From positions 416,001 through 480,000 of the forward strand of contig CAXWPJ010000002.1 of NCBI GenBank assembly GCA_963664115.2: a stretch of DNA of 64,000 nucleotides, given 5' to 3'. The translations under genes and the position numbers were made by a program. A model generated the notes under the pieces. That model made no database searches, was not told the DNA's origin, and saw only the letters and a list, made by a program, of their open reading frames with translations. The stretch comes from Terriglobia bacterium (GTDB lineage: Bacteria; Acidobacteriota; Terriglobia; 20CM-2-55-15). This document shows, piece by piece, positions 49,610 to 58,130 of the stretch (position 1 is its first letter; each line of letters opens with the position of its first letter).

Positions 49610-50602
49610 ATGATGTATCTGGTCGGATTCGTGCTGAGTGTGGTATTTGCGTTCTGCTGGACTCCGCTGATGCGACGCGCCGCACTGCAGCTGGGACTCG
49701 TCGATCAGCCGGACGGAAACCTCAAAAACCATCCCGAAGCGGTCCCCTACCTCGGGGGCTTGGCAATATACGCCGCTTTTCTGTTGACTGCCGGAGTGGT
49801 AACCGACTTCCAACAAGAAACCCTCGGACTGCTTCTGTCCGGAAGTATCGTGTTACTGGTCGGACTGATCGATGATTTCGGTGTCCTTACTCCGTCCCAG
49901 AAACTTCTCGGTCAGACCCTTGCGGCTCTGGTACTGGTTCGTTCCGGCACTTACATCCGACTGGAATTCTTGCCCTGGTACGTAGCGATTTTGCTGACTG
50001 TTCTCTGGATCCTTGCAGTAACCAACGCTTTGAACATCATCGACGTGATGGACGGACTGGCCGCAGGCGTGAGTGCGATCGCGGCTTTGACTTTGGCATT
50101 GGCGAACGCAATAGCAGGCAGGAACGCGGTCGCTCTTCTGGCCGTGATCCTCGCTGGCGCCACGCTAGGGTTTCTCAGGCACAATTTTCATCCCGCCAAG
50201 ATATACCTTGGCGATGCGGGCAGCCTGTTCGTCGGATTCATGCTGGCCGCTCTTTCGCTCAATGCGGGATACACACGACACAATTTGCTGGCTCTATTCA
50301 GCCCCATACTGATCCTCGGGTTACCCCTGTTCGATCTGGCACTGGTCAGTTACATCCGCTGGACGAAAGGACGGCACATCATATACGGCAGTCCCGACCA
50401 TTTTGCTCTGCGCTTGCAGCGTTGGAAACTGTCAGTTCCAGAAGTCGTAGCTGTGGCATATGGCGCAGGCATTCTACTGGGTGCGGCTGCACTCATCATG
50501 AGTCAGGTCACTCTAGGCTGGGCGGTGGTCACCTTAGTGGCCGCTCTCTCAGCGGGACTGACTTCAGCCTATCTGCTGATGAAAGTGGATATCGCTTCAT
50601 GA
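49610..50602 (+). CDS. MraY/WecA-family undecaprenyl-phosphate HexNAc-1-P transferase
   Basis: P.LGGLAI, GLIDD, NALNIIDVMDGLA, NFHPAKIYLGDAGS. Confidence 0.92.
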   Translation: MMYLVGFVLSVVFAFCWTPLMRRAALQLGLVDQPDGNLKNHPEAVPYLGGLAIYAAFLLTAGVVTDFQQETLGLLLSGSIVLLVGLIDDFGVLTPSQKLLGQTLAALVLVRSGTYIRLEFLPWYVAILLTVLWILAVTNALNIIDVMDGLAAGVSAIAALTLALANAIAGRNAVALLAVILAGATLGFLRHNFHPAKIYLGDAGSLFVGFMLAALSLNAGYTRHNLLALFSPILILGLPLFDLALVSYIRWTKGRHIIYGSPDHFALRLQRWKLSVPEVVAVAYGAGILLGAAALIMSQVTLGWAVVTLVAALSAGLTSAYLLMKVDIAS

Positions 50603-51897
50603 AAACGCTAATCATCGGCGGTGGTCTCGCGGGTCTCGGCGCCGGATTTCATCTTGAAGAACTCGAACCCGAAGTCTTCGAAGCAGAAGATACCGTCGGC
50701 GGCATGTGCCGTTCATTCAGGCAGGATGGATTCACTTTTGATGTCACAGGACACTTGTTGCACCTGAAGGACCCGTACACGCGGGCACTCGTCGAACGAT
50801 TGTTGCCCTCACTCTTCCAGCCTCATGAACGCCGCGCAGCTATCTATTCGAAATCAGTCACAACACCGTACCCTTTTCAGGCCAATACTTTTGGATTGCC
50901 AACTGACGTCGTCAAAGCCTGTGTTCTAGGTTTTGTAGAGACTCTGGGTTCGAAGAACCGTAACTCCAGAAACTTCCACGAATGGATTCTAGACACCTTC
51001 GGAACCGGCATCGCCGAACACTTCATGTTGCCGTTTAATGAAAAGTTTTGGAAAAGGGACCTTCGGGAGATAACTGCGGACTGGGTCAGTTGGTCCATTC
51101 CAAAACCCACGGTGGAAGAGGTCGTCAACGGTGCGCTCGGCATCACCAATGAAGGCATGGGCTATAATCCGCGCTTCCTCTATCCGCAGGAGGGTGGCAT
51201 CGACCAGCTGCCTCAGGCGTTGGGCCGCTCCCTCAAGGTACACAACACCCACACTGCGACATTGATCGATGCGAAAAAAGGATATGTCCGCTTCGCAAAC
51301 GGTCGTGAAGAACTGTTCGACTATTTAATTTCGACAATACCGTTACCTCTCACGTTCGAACTTTTAGCGGACTGTCCCGATCAGCTTCGAATGGCAGCCA
51401 AAGGATTACAGGCCGTCTCCGTCTTGAATTTGAACATTGGTGTCAATCGCCCTAATATCAGCGACAAACACTGGATCTACTTTCCAGAAAACCAATTCGT
51501 TTTTAGCCGTGTCGGTTTTCCCACGAATTTCTCGCAAAGCGCCGGCCCACCGGGAACAACGTCGCTCTACATCGAAATCACTCACGATCCGTCCACGATC
51601 CCGAACACGGAACGGGCATTTGAAGAGTCCATGCAGGGCTTGATCGCAGCCGGGTTGCTTCGAACCGAAGATGAAGTGCTGACACGGCACGTAATCGATG
51701 TGCGCCATGCGTATGTCGTATTCGACCGACACCGACAACAGAATCTTGCCCGTCTGATTCAATACCTTGAAACCAATCGGATTTTCACAGCCGGCCGCTA
51801 TGGGCAATGGGATTACTATTCCATGGAAGACTCCATTCTCAGCGGCAAGAAGGCGGCCGAACTCGTCATTCGGGAAAGTCGCTCGTCACTCGCCTGA
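50599..51897 (+). CDS. FAD-dependent oxidoreductase, UDP-galactopyranose mutase/HemY-like
   Basis: IIGGGLAGL, GGMCRS..DGFTFDVTGH, YPFQ, GRYGQWDYYSMEDS; ATGA overlap with the wecA-like gene. Confidence 0.8.
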   Translation: MKTLIIGGGLAGLGAGFHLEELEPEVFEAEDTVGGMCRSFRQDGFTFDVTGHLLHLKDPYTRALVERLLPSLFQPHERRAAIYSKSVTTPYPFQANTFGLPTDVVKACVLGFVETLGSKNRNSRNFHEWILDTFGTGIAEHFMLPFNEKFWKRDLREITADWVSWSIPKPTVEEVVNGALGITNEGMGYNPRFLYPQEGGIDQLPQALGRSLKVHNTHTATLIDAKKGYVRFANGREELFDYLISTIPLPLTFELLADCPDQLRMAAKGLQAVSVLNLNIGVNRPNISDKHWIYFPENQFVFSRVGFPTNFSQSAGPPGTTSLYIEITHDPSTIPNTERAFEESMQGLIAAGLLRTEDEVLTRHVIDVRHAYVVFDRHRQQNLARLIQYLETNRIFTAGRYGQWDYYSMEDSILSGKKAAELVIRESRSSLA

Positions 51898-51918
51898 ACG
51901 CAAGGCAGGCGCCTAGCG

Positions 51919-53073
51919 ATGAAGTTATCGATGCCCTGCACGAACCTAGTACTTTCTTACGGCGACCTGTCGCGCCATTCCGGATACAGAACGCGCGTCA
52001 TCGAAGAGTTGACGCACATTGAAATGGGATCGCGATTTCGGCCGGTTCTGATGGCGTTTGACCGGCATCCCGGCCATGTGGACCGGGACTCATTACCGAA
52101 GACCGAGCTTAAACTTCGTTCCCGCCATGCCTTTCTTTCTTTTTATACGGATCTCTATCGGCTCTCAAGGCAGGGAAAGATCGCCATGGTCCACGCACAC
52201 AATCTCTACTCCGCTGCGCTCGCGCTTTCGGCCCGTCCTTTTTTTAGTTATTCGGTTGTCCTCGATCTGCATGGGCGTATCCCCGAAGAGTACATATCTC
52301 TGGGAAAGGGCGGGCCAATTTCCAGAAGATTTCTGGAAAAGCTTGAAAGCATCGCTGTCAGATACGCTGACCATGTAATCGTAGTGTCCGATCAACTCAG
52401 GGAATATCTGAGTCGCACCTACGATGTTCCGGACGCTCGGATATCGACGATCCCGATGTGCGCGGACGCAGAATCGTTTCGAGTTGATGCATCCCTCAGG
52501 GCCCGCGCCCGAAGCAGACTGAAATTGGAACACAAATTTGTCTGCACGCATTTGGGTTCCGTTTTCGAATGGTACGATCCCTCACTTATCATTGAAACGT
52601 TCCAAGAACTCAGACGGAGCATCCCGGAATCCCATCTCCTCCTCGTGACCGAACGGACAGGAGAGGTTGAGCGTCACGTCAGGAGCTGCTTGGAAGAAGA
52701 CGCCTTTACTGTCGTTGGGGTGAAGCACGGCGAAGTCCCCGAGCTGCTAAACGCCTCCGACCTCGGATTGCTTCTCCTTGCTAGTTCACCTAACATCGCC
52801 ACTTCGTCGCCTGCCAAGTTCGCAGAATATATGAACTGCGGAGTTCCCGTTTTGATCAGCCCTGATGTAGGCGACTTCTCTGCTCTCGTCAAACGAATGA
52901 ATGTAGGGTACGTAATGAATGCTGACGATCGGCCGATTGAAGCATTCTTCAGTGAGGCGCGATCCAATCGATCCGCGTATGTTTCACGGTGTCAACAGGT
53001 AGGCCAGGCTCTCACCTGGAAGGTTCACACAACGACGTGGAACCGGATTGTTTCAAGCATTGTCTGTCGGTAG
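51919..53073 (+). CDS. Glycosyltransferase (GT4-like)
   Basis: VHAHN, DLHG, SPAKFAEYMNCGVPVL. Confidence 0.85.
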   Translation: MKLSMPCTNLVLSYGDLSRHSGYRTRVIEELTHIEMGSRFRPVLMAFDRHPGHVDRDSLPKTELKLRSRHAFLSFYTDLYRLSRQGKIAMVHAHNLYSAALALSARPFFSYSVVLDLHGRIPEEYISLGKGGPISRRFLEKLESIAVRYADHVIVVSDQLREYLSRTYDVPDARISTIPMCADAESFRVDASLRARARSRLKLEHKFVCTHLGSVFEWYDPSLIIETFQELRRSIPESHLLLVTERTGEVERHVRSCLEEDAFTVVGVKHGEVPELLNASDLGLLLLASSPNIATSSPAKFAEYMNCGVPVLISPDVGDFSALVKRMNVGYVMNADDRPIEAFFSEARSNRSAYVSRCQQVGQALTWKVHTTTWNRIVSSIVCR

Positions 53074-53095
53074 CAAACAGCTACGGCGTATACAC

Positions 53096-54484
53096 CTAGG
53101 TCTCGGGATTGCTTCGAATATCAAACTTCCGCATATAGTGCCTGAAGGAACGGTAGGGAATGCGCAACAGTTCAGCTGCCTTTACCTGGACTCCATTTGT
53201 GCGCCGAAGCGCTTCCTGGAAATAGTCCCGTTGAAGGTTTTCAACGTAGGAATCCAGATCCAGACCCTCGGGCGGAATAAACGGAGAGGCTTTAGGTCGC
53301 GCACCGGCTCCGGATGGCGTTAGCAGATTTGCCTCGGTAATTTCACCCGACGTCTCCAGAATGAACGCGCGTTCCATCGCGTTCTCCAGTTCACGCACGT
53401 TGCCGGGCCAGTCGTGACCCTCCAGTTTGCGGAGCGCCTCTGGAGAAATGCTTTCGATGTGATCCCCCATCGATTGCTTTAATCGCTCCAAAAAGTGATG
53501 GGCCAGCAGCGGGATATCTTCTGTGCGTCCGCGCAACGGCGGAGTTTCAAGCGGGAACACGCTGACTCTGTAAAACAAATCCTCCCTGAACCGTCCTTCC
53601 GACACCAACGCTGACAGATCCTGGTTCGTCGCCGCAATGACCCGCACATCGATCGGTATCTCTTCGGATCCCCCAACCCTGCGAATCGTCCGTTCCTGCA
53701 ACACGCGCAGAAGCTTGACCTGCATTGCCGTACTTGTTTCACCGATTTCATCCAGGAAGATCGTTCCTTTTTCGGCAACCTCAAAAAGCCCTTTGCGGTC
53801 CGTTGCCGCTCCCGTAAATGCGCCTTTGACGTAACCGAAGAGCTCGGACTCCAGCAGGGTCTCGGTCAACGCGCCGCAGTTGACCGACACGAACGGCTTT
53901 GCGACACGGGAGCTGTTCAGATGGATCGCTTTCGCCACGAGTTCTTTTCCCGTACCGCTCTCGCCAGTAATCAAGACCGTACTGTTGGTATCGCTGACGA
54001 CTTCGATCATGCGAAACAACTCCTGCATTTTTTCGCTGCGACCGATCAGATTTCTCATTCCGTGCTGTTTCTTGAACTCCCGCTTGAGGTAAGTGTTTTC
54101 TTCACGCAGGCGCCGTTCTTCCAGCGCACGATCGATGATGTGCTTCAATTCATCCATGAAGTTGTCGGTCTTCAGAATGTAGTCGAACGCCCCCATTTGG
54201 AGCGCCTGGATCGCAGTGTCTGTGGTCGCGTAGGCGGTCAGCAGAATGAATTCGCCCAACGTTCCTTCAGAACGAACTCGACGCAGTAGTTCGATGCCAG
54301 TCATGTCGGGCATCTTGATGTCTGAGACGATGACGTCGAAATTGCCCTTCCGAATACATTCCAGCCCGGTTTCCCCGCTTTCGGCCACGGTCACGTCGAA
54401 ACCCTCGCGCCGCAGAAAAATCTGGAGCATCTCGCAGATCGAGGGTTCATCGTCAACAACGAGGACCTTGGATTTGGAATTCAT
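53096..54484 (-). CDS. sigma54-dependent response regulator, PilR-like
   Basis: REC domain (VVDDE, D.KMPD), GESGTGKE, GAFTGA, WPGNVRELEN, Fis-type HTH; downstream of pilC-pilS. Confidence 0.88.
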   Translation of the reverse strand: MNSKSKVLVVDDEPSICEMLQIFLRREGFDVTVAESGETGLECIRKGNFDVIVSDIKMPDMTGIELLRRVRSEGTLGEFILLTAYATTDTAIQALQMGAFDYILKTDNFMDELKHIIDRALEERRLREENTYLKREFKKQHGMRNLIGRSEKMQELFRMIEVVSDTNSTVLITGESGTGKELVAKAIHLNSSRVAKPFVSVNCGALTETLLESELFGYVKGAFTGAATDRKGLFEVAEKGTIFLDEIGETSTAMQVKLLRVLQERTIRRVGGSEEIPIDVRVIAATNQDLSALVSEGRFREDLFYRVSVFPLETPPLRGRTEDIPLLAHHFLERLKQSMGDHIESISPEALRKLEGHDWPGNVRELENAMERAFILETSGEITEANLLTPSGAGARPKASPFIPPEGLDLDSYVENLQRDYFQEALRRTNGVQVKAAELLRIPYRSFRHYMRKFDIRSNPET

Positions 54485-54513
54485 GTCGGATTACCCACGC
54501 GCCGGATTTGGGA

Positions 54514-56127
54514 TCACGGCCCGTACCGGACGGGAACCGCGTCATAGCGATCGATCGGGTCATGGGCTTCCCCCGTTTCCCCCGCTTCAGAGCCCGCTGG
54601 CAGTTCCACGTTGAATACGGTTCCCTGTCCCGGCTCAGAGTTCGCCCAGATGTGGCCATGATGGGTGGTGACGATCTGGTAAACAATCGAAAGTCCCAAA
54701 CCGGTGCCGCTGCGGAACGACGAGTGGAAAGGCAGGAAGAGACGCTCGATGTCTTGCGGGGTCATCCCTATGCCCGAGTCTTTGAATTCGAGCCGGGCAC
54801 GAACGCCGGTTAACCGGAGCGCAATTTCCAAGGTCCCGGATTCCGGCATGGCTTTGAACGCGTTCGACGCCAGATTATGAACGACCTGACGCATCATGCT
54901 CGCGTCGGCCCGGATTGTGACGGGGTCCAGGGCGATTTGTATCTTGTGGTCCGAACGGCGGTCGGGGCTGTTTTCGATCAGTTTAAGGACGTCGAGAATC
55001 ACGATGTCCAGCCGTAGCGGCTTGAGTTGCGGCAAGCTCGGGCGCGCGTAGAGCAGGAAATCGTTGATCGTCTGATTGAGCCTCTCCGTTTCCCGGGCGA
55101 TGATGCTGACCAACTGCTTTTGTTCCGCGCCCAGATTGAGCTCTGACTGCAACAGGCCGAACGAACCCGATATCGATGCCAACGGGTTTCGAATCTCATG
55201 CGCGATACCGGCCGACATCACACCGATCGCGGCCATGCGTTCCTTCCCCCGAAGTTGCCGCTCCATTTCGCGCATCCCGGTCACGTCGTCGAAACACCAT
55301 ACATAGCCGGTCGGACCTCTTGCATCCATAGCAAGAGGCGTCACCGAAAACTGCAGACACATGCCCTTTTTTTCCGGCCCGGGAGTCTCGATCTCAAAAT
55401 CTCCCACGCCGGCGTCGTCAGGTAGCGCCGGGAATACCTCCCGGATTCCACGCCCTATGACTTCTCCGGAACTGCGCCCAGAGATCTCGGCCGCCGCCGG
55501 ATTGAAAAGAAAAATTTTTCCTTCAAGGTCGGTCGTGACCAGGCCACTGCCCAGGCTATCGATGATATGGGCCGTCAACGCCTGAAGAAACGCCACCTGT
55601 CCCGTCGACTCCTCCAGTGCCGCATCGGAAGTGTGCCAGTTTTCGGCTAGCACGTTTGCCAGAAAACCGACCGCACAGAAACCAAAGATCGTCACGCCTA
55701 CGATGTACTGGAGCGTGAAGAGCTCAGGAAACGTAACGGTCGTCGAAGGAAGCACCCTGAAATGTGCCAAGTCCAGGTGGACACCGTGAAGCATCGAGGC
55801 CGCGACGGCAGTAACGTAGGCACCCCGGTGTTTGAGCAGAATGCTGGACATGACGATTTCGAGAAAATACAGAGAAGAAAAATAGCTGTCCAAGCCCCCG
55901 GTCCGATTCACCATCCAGGTGATCAGGAGCAGATCGACCGAAATCTGAGCGTAAGCCTGAGGGAGGTATGACTGGTTGAGGCGAAGGAACGCGAACCAGC
56001 AGAAGGAAAGCGCATAGACAGCCGCCAGCAGGACCAGCATGTCCACCGACGGCTGGACCGCGACGAACACAGTGAATACAACCACCCGGACCCAGATCAA
56101 CCGCAGCAACCACTTGCTGCGGTCCAT
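54514..56127 (-). CDS. Sensor histidine kinase, PilS-like
   Basis: Multi-TM N-terminus (RTGGLDSYFS.LY), PAS domain, AHEIRNPL, GTGLGL. Likely start ATG 56127. Confidence 0.88.
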   Translation of the reverse strand: MDRSKWLLRLIWVRVVVFTVFVAVQPSVDMLVLLAAVYALSFCWFAFLRLNQSYLPQAYAQISVDLLLITWMVNRTGGLDSYFSSLYFLEIVMSSILLKHRGAYVTAVAASMLHGVHLDLAHFRVLPSTTVTFPELFTLQYIVGVTIFGFCAVGFLANVLAENWHTSDAALEESTGQVAFLQALTAHIIDSLGSGLVTTDLEGKIFLFNPAAAEISGRSSGEVIGRGIREVFPALPDDAGVGDFEIETPGPEKKGMCLQFSVTPLAMDARGPTGYVWCFDDVTGMREMERQLRGKERMAAIGVMSAGIAHEIRNPLASISGSFGLLQSELNLGAEQKQLVSIIARETERLNQTINDFLLYARPSLPQLKPLRLDIVILDVLKLIENSPDRRSDHKIQIALDPVTIRADASMMRQVVHNLASNAFKAMPESGTLEIALRLTGVRARLEFKDSGIGMTPQDIERLFLPFHSSFRSGTGLGLSIVYQIVTTHHGHIWANSEPGQGTVFNVELPAGSEAGETGEAHDPIDRYDAVPVRYGP

Positions 56128-56161
56128 CAACGTGCGCGGATCCGTCCCTGGATGAGCCACG

Positions 56162-57370
56162 CTAACCGGCCAATTGGCCGACGAGGCTGAAGATCGGCAT
56201 GTACATCGAGATGACGATGCCACCCACGATAACACCGAGTATGGCCATCATGGCCGGCTCAACCGCGGTCATAATATCTGCAACAGCCGTATCGACTTCT
56301 TCTTCGTAGAAATCCGCGATCTTGTTCAGCATCTCTTCCAACGCGCCGGTCTCTTCACCCACACCGATCATCGAAACGACCATGCTCGGAAACACCCCGG
56401 ATTCCTTCAGGGGATCGATGATCGTACGGCCCTGTTCGATCGCGGATTTTACGTTATAGACGGCCTCTTCCACGATAGCGTTACCGGCCGTCCGCGCCGT
56501 AATTGTGAGAGCGTCCAGGATCGGCACGCCGCTGGCTATGAGCGTTCCCATGGTCCGGGTGAACCGAGCGACGGCAATCTTGCGGACCAGGTCCCCGAAG
56601 ATGGGGAGTTTCAGAATTATCCTGTCAATGTTGTAACGGCCTTTAGGCGTCGCGTAGTAAGCCTTGAACAAATACCCGAATACACCGATACCGATAATGA
56701 TGAAAAACCCAAAGTTTTGAACGAAGGTACTGGCCGCAATGACGACACGAGTCGGTAGCGGGAGTTCCGCTCCCATGCCCTCGAACAGATCGGTAAACGC
56801 GGGCACGACCTTCCACAGAATCAGCGTGATCACCGCAGTGGCGATAAAAATGATCGCCGCCGGGTAAATCATCGCCGACTTCATCGCCGCTTTCAGTTTG
56901 ACTGCCTTTTCGATATAGACCGACAGCCGTTGAAAGATGGTGTCTAAAATACCACCCGCCTCACCAGCTGCGACCATGTTCGTGTAGAGTTCGTCGAATA
57001 TTTTGGGGCTCTGCCTCATGCCCTCCGACAGGGTGTTTCCCGTCTCAACTTCCCTCTGGATGGTCTTGACGGCTTCCGCGAATTTCGGGTTCTCCTGTTG
57101 GTCACCCAGTATCTCGATGCACTGAACCAGCGGCAGACCGGAATCGATCATGACCGAAAACTGGCGGGTGAAAATCGCCAGGTCCTTGGCTGTCGGGTTT
57201 CCACCGAACTCGATTTTCGACAGGTCGAAGCCCTTCTTTTCTTTGGCTTCAACCATCATGATGTCTTCCTGCCGGAGAGCCACTGCCAGAGCCTGGGCGC
57301 TGTCGGCGGATCGGGTTCCGGTGATTTCCGCGCCGCCTCGCTTTCGACCTTTGAACGTGAACTTCGCCAT
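56162..57370 (-). CDS. pilC: Type IV pilus platform protein PilC (copy 2)
   Basis: FTRQFSVMIDSGLPLVQ, AGEAGGILD, AMIYP, GEETGALE, MYMPIF. Confidence 0.93.
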   Translation of the reverse strand: MAKFTFKGRKRGGAEITGTRSADSAQALAVALRQEDIMMVEAKEKKGFDLSKIEFGGNPTAKDLAIFTRQFSVMIDSGLPLVQCIEILGDQQENPKFAEAVKTIQREVETGNTLSEGMRQSPKIFDELYTNMVAAGEAGGILDTIFQRLSVYIEKAVKLKAAMKSAMIYPAAIIFIATAVITLILWKVVPAFTDLFEGMGAELPLPTRVVIAASTFVQNFGFFIIIGIGVFGYLFKAYYATPKGRYNIDRIILKLPIFGDLVRKIAVARFTRTMGTLIASGVPILDALTITARTAGNAIVEEAVYNVKSAIEQGRTIIDPLKESGVFPSMVVSMIGVGEETGALEEMLNKIADFYEEEVDTAVADIMTAVEPAMMAILGVIVGGIVISMYMPIFSLVGQLAG

Positions 57371-57419
57371 AAGTCTTACCTCATTCGCTCAAGCGGACCC
57401 GATACCTCCGCCTGGTGAA

Positions 57420-58076
57420 CTAACCTGCCTTTTCTCGAAGAACCTCTTCGACGCTCGTCAACTGCTCTCTGATCTTGATCAGGCCGCTTTGCCCCGTCGT
57501 GATCATCCCCTCTTCAATGGCCTTTTTGCGCAACTCGTTTCCCGAATCACCTAAGATTACAGCTTCGCGCAAAACGTCGCTCATTTCCATAACTTCGTAC
57601 AGTCCAATCCGTCCCTGGTACCCGCTACCGTTGCACGCAGATCGCGTGCAGCGAAGTCCCTACGAGAAATGGCGATTCCCACATTCAGCAAGCGCGGCAT
57701 TGTCCCGGGCGCATCGTTCGTGTGTAGTGTTCTCAACACGAGGTGAGCGGTCAGGACCGCGCTGACGACAATTTCGGTGGTCTCGAAGAGCCGCATCTCT
57801 CCTACAAAGGATAATGTCAGGGGCAAGTCGAAGAAAAGAACGAAGTGACGCGGCGAAATCGAGCCCGATCCGATACTTGATCTGCACCGGAATGTTCCGC
57901 CCCAGTCTGAACCGAACGCGACCTTCGGCGGAGAACACCGCTTCGAAAATGTGCCCTTGCCGGACCAGGCAACTCCCCAGCCGTCCACCGCCGCTAGATT
58001 GCGCCCCAAGGGCTTCACAAAGTTGTTCCAGGGTAATCAGGTTTTCGCCGACCAAATTGTCTCCAAGTCTTGACAT
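57420..58076 (-). pseudogene. pilB: Collapsed pilB pseudogene
   Basis: Fragments in shifting frames: MSRLGDNLV..LIT.EQL..AL..Q..GGRLGSCLV; IGLDFAASLRSFLR.APDIIL; VGEMR.FETTEIVV.AVLTAHLVL.TLHTNDAP; CNGSGYQGRIGLYEVMEM...EEGMIT...SVEEVLRE* (TAG 57420-57422). About 660 nt only, no Walker A. Confidence 0.88.
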
Positions 58077-58130
58077 ATGTGCAACTTTACGTCCTTATCA
58101 TTTGAGGGGTACGTTACCATAGGTGACACG

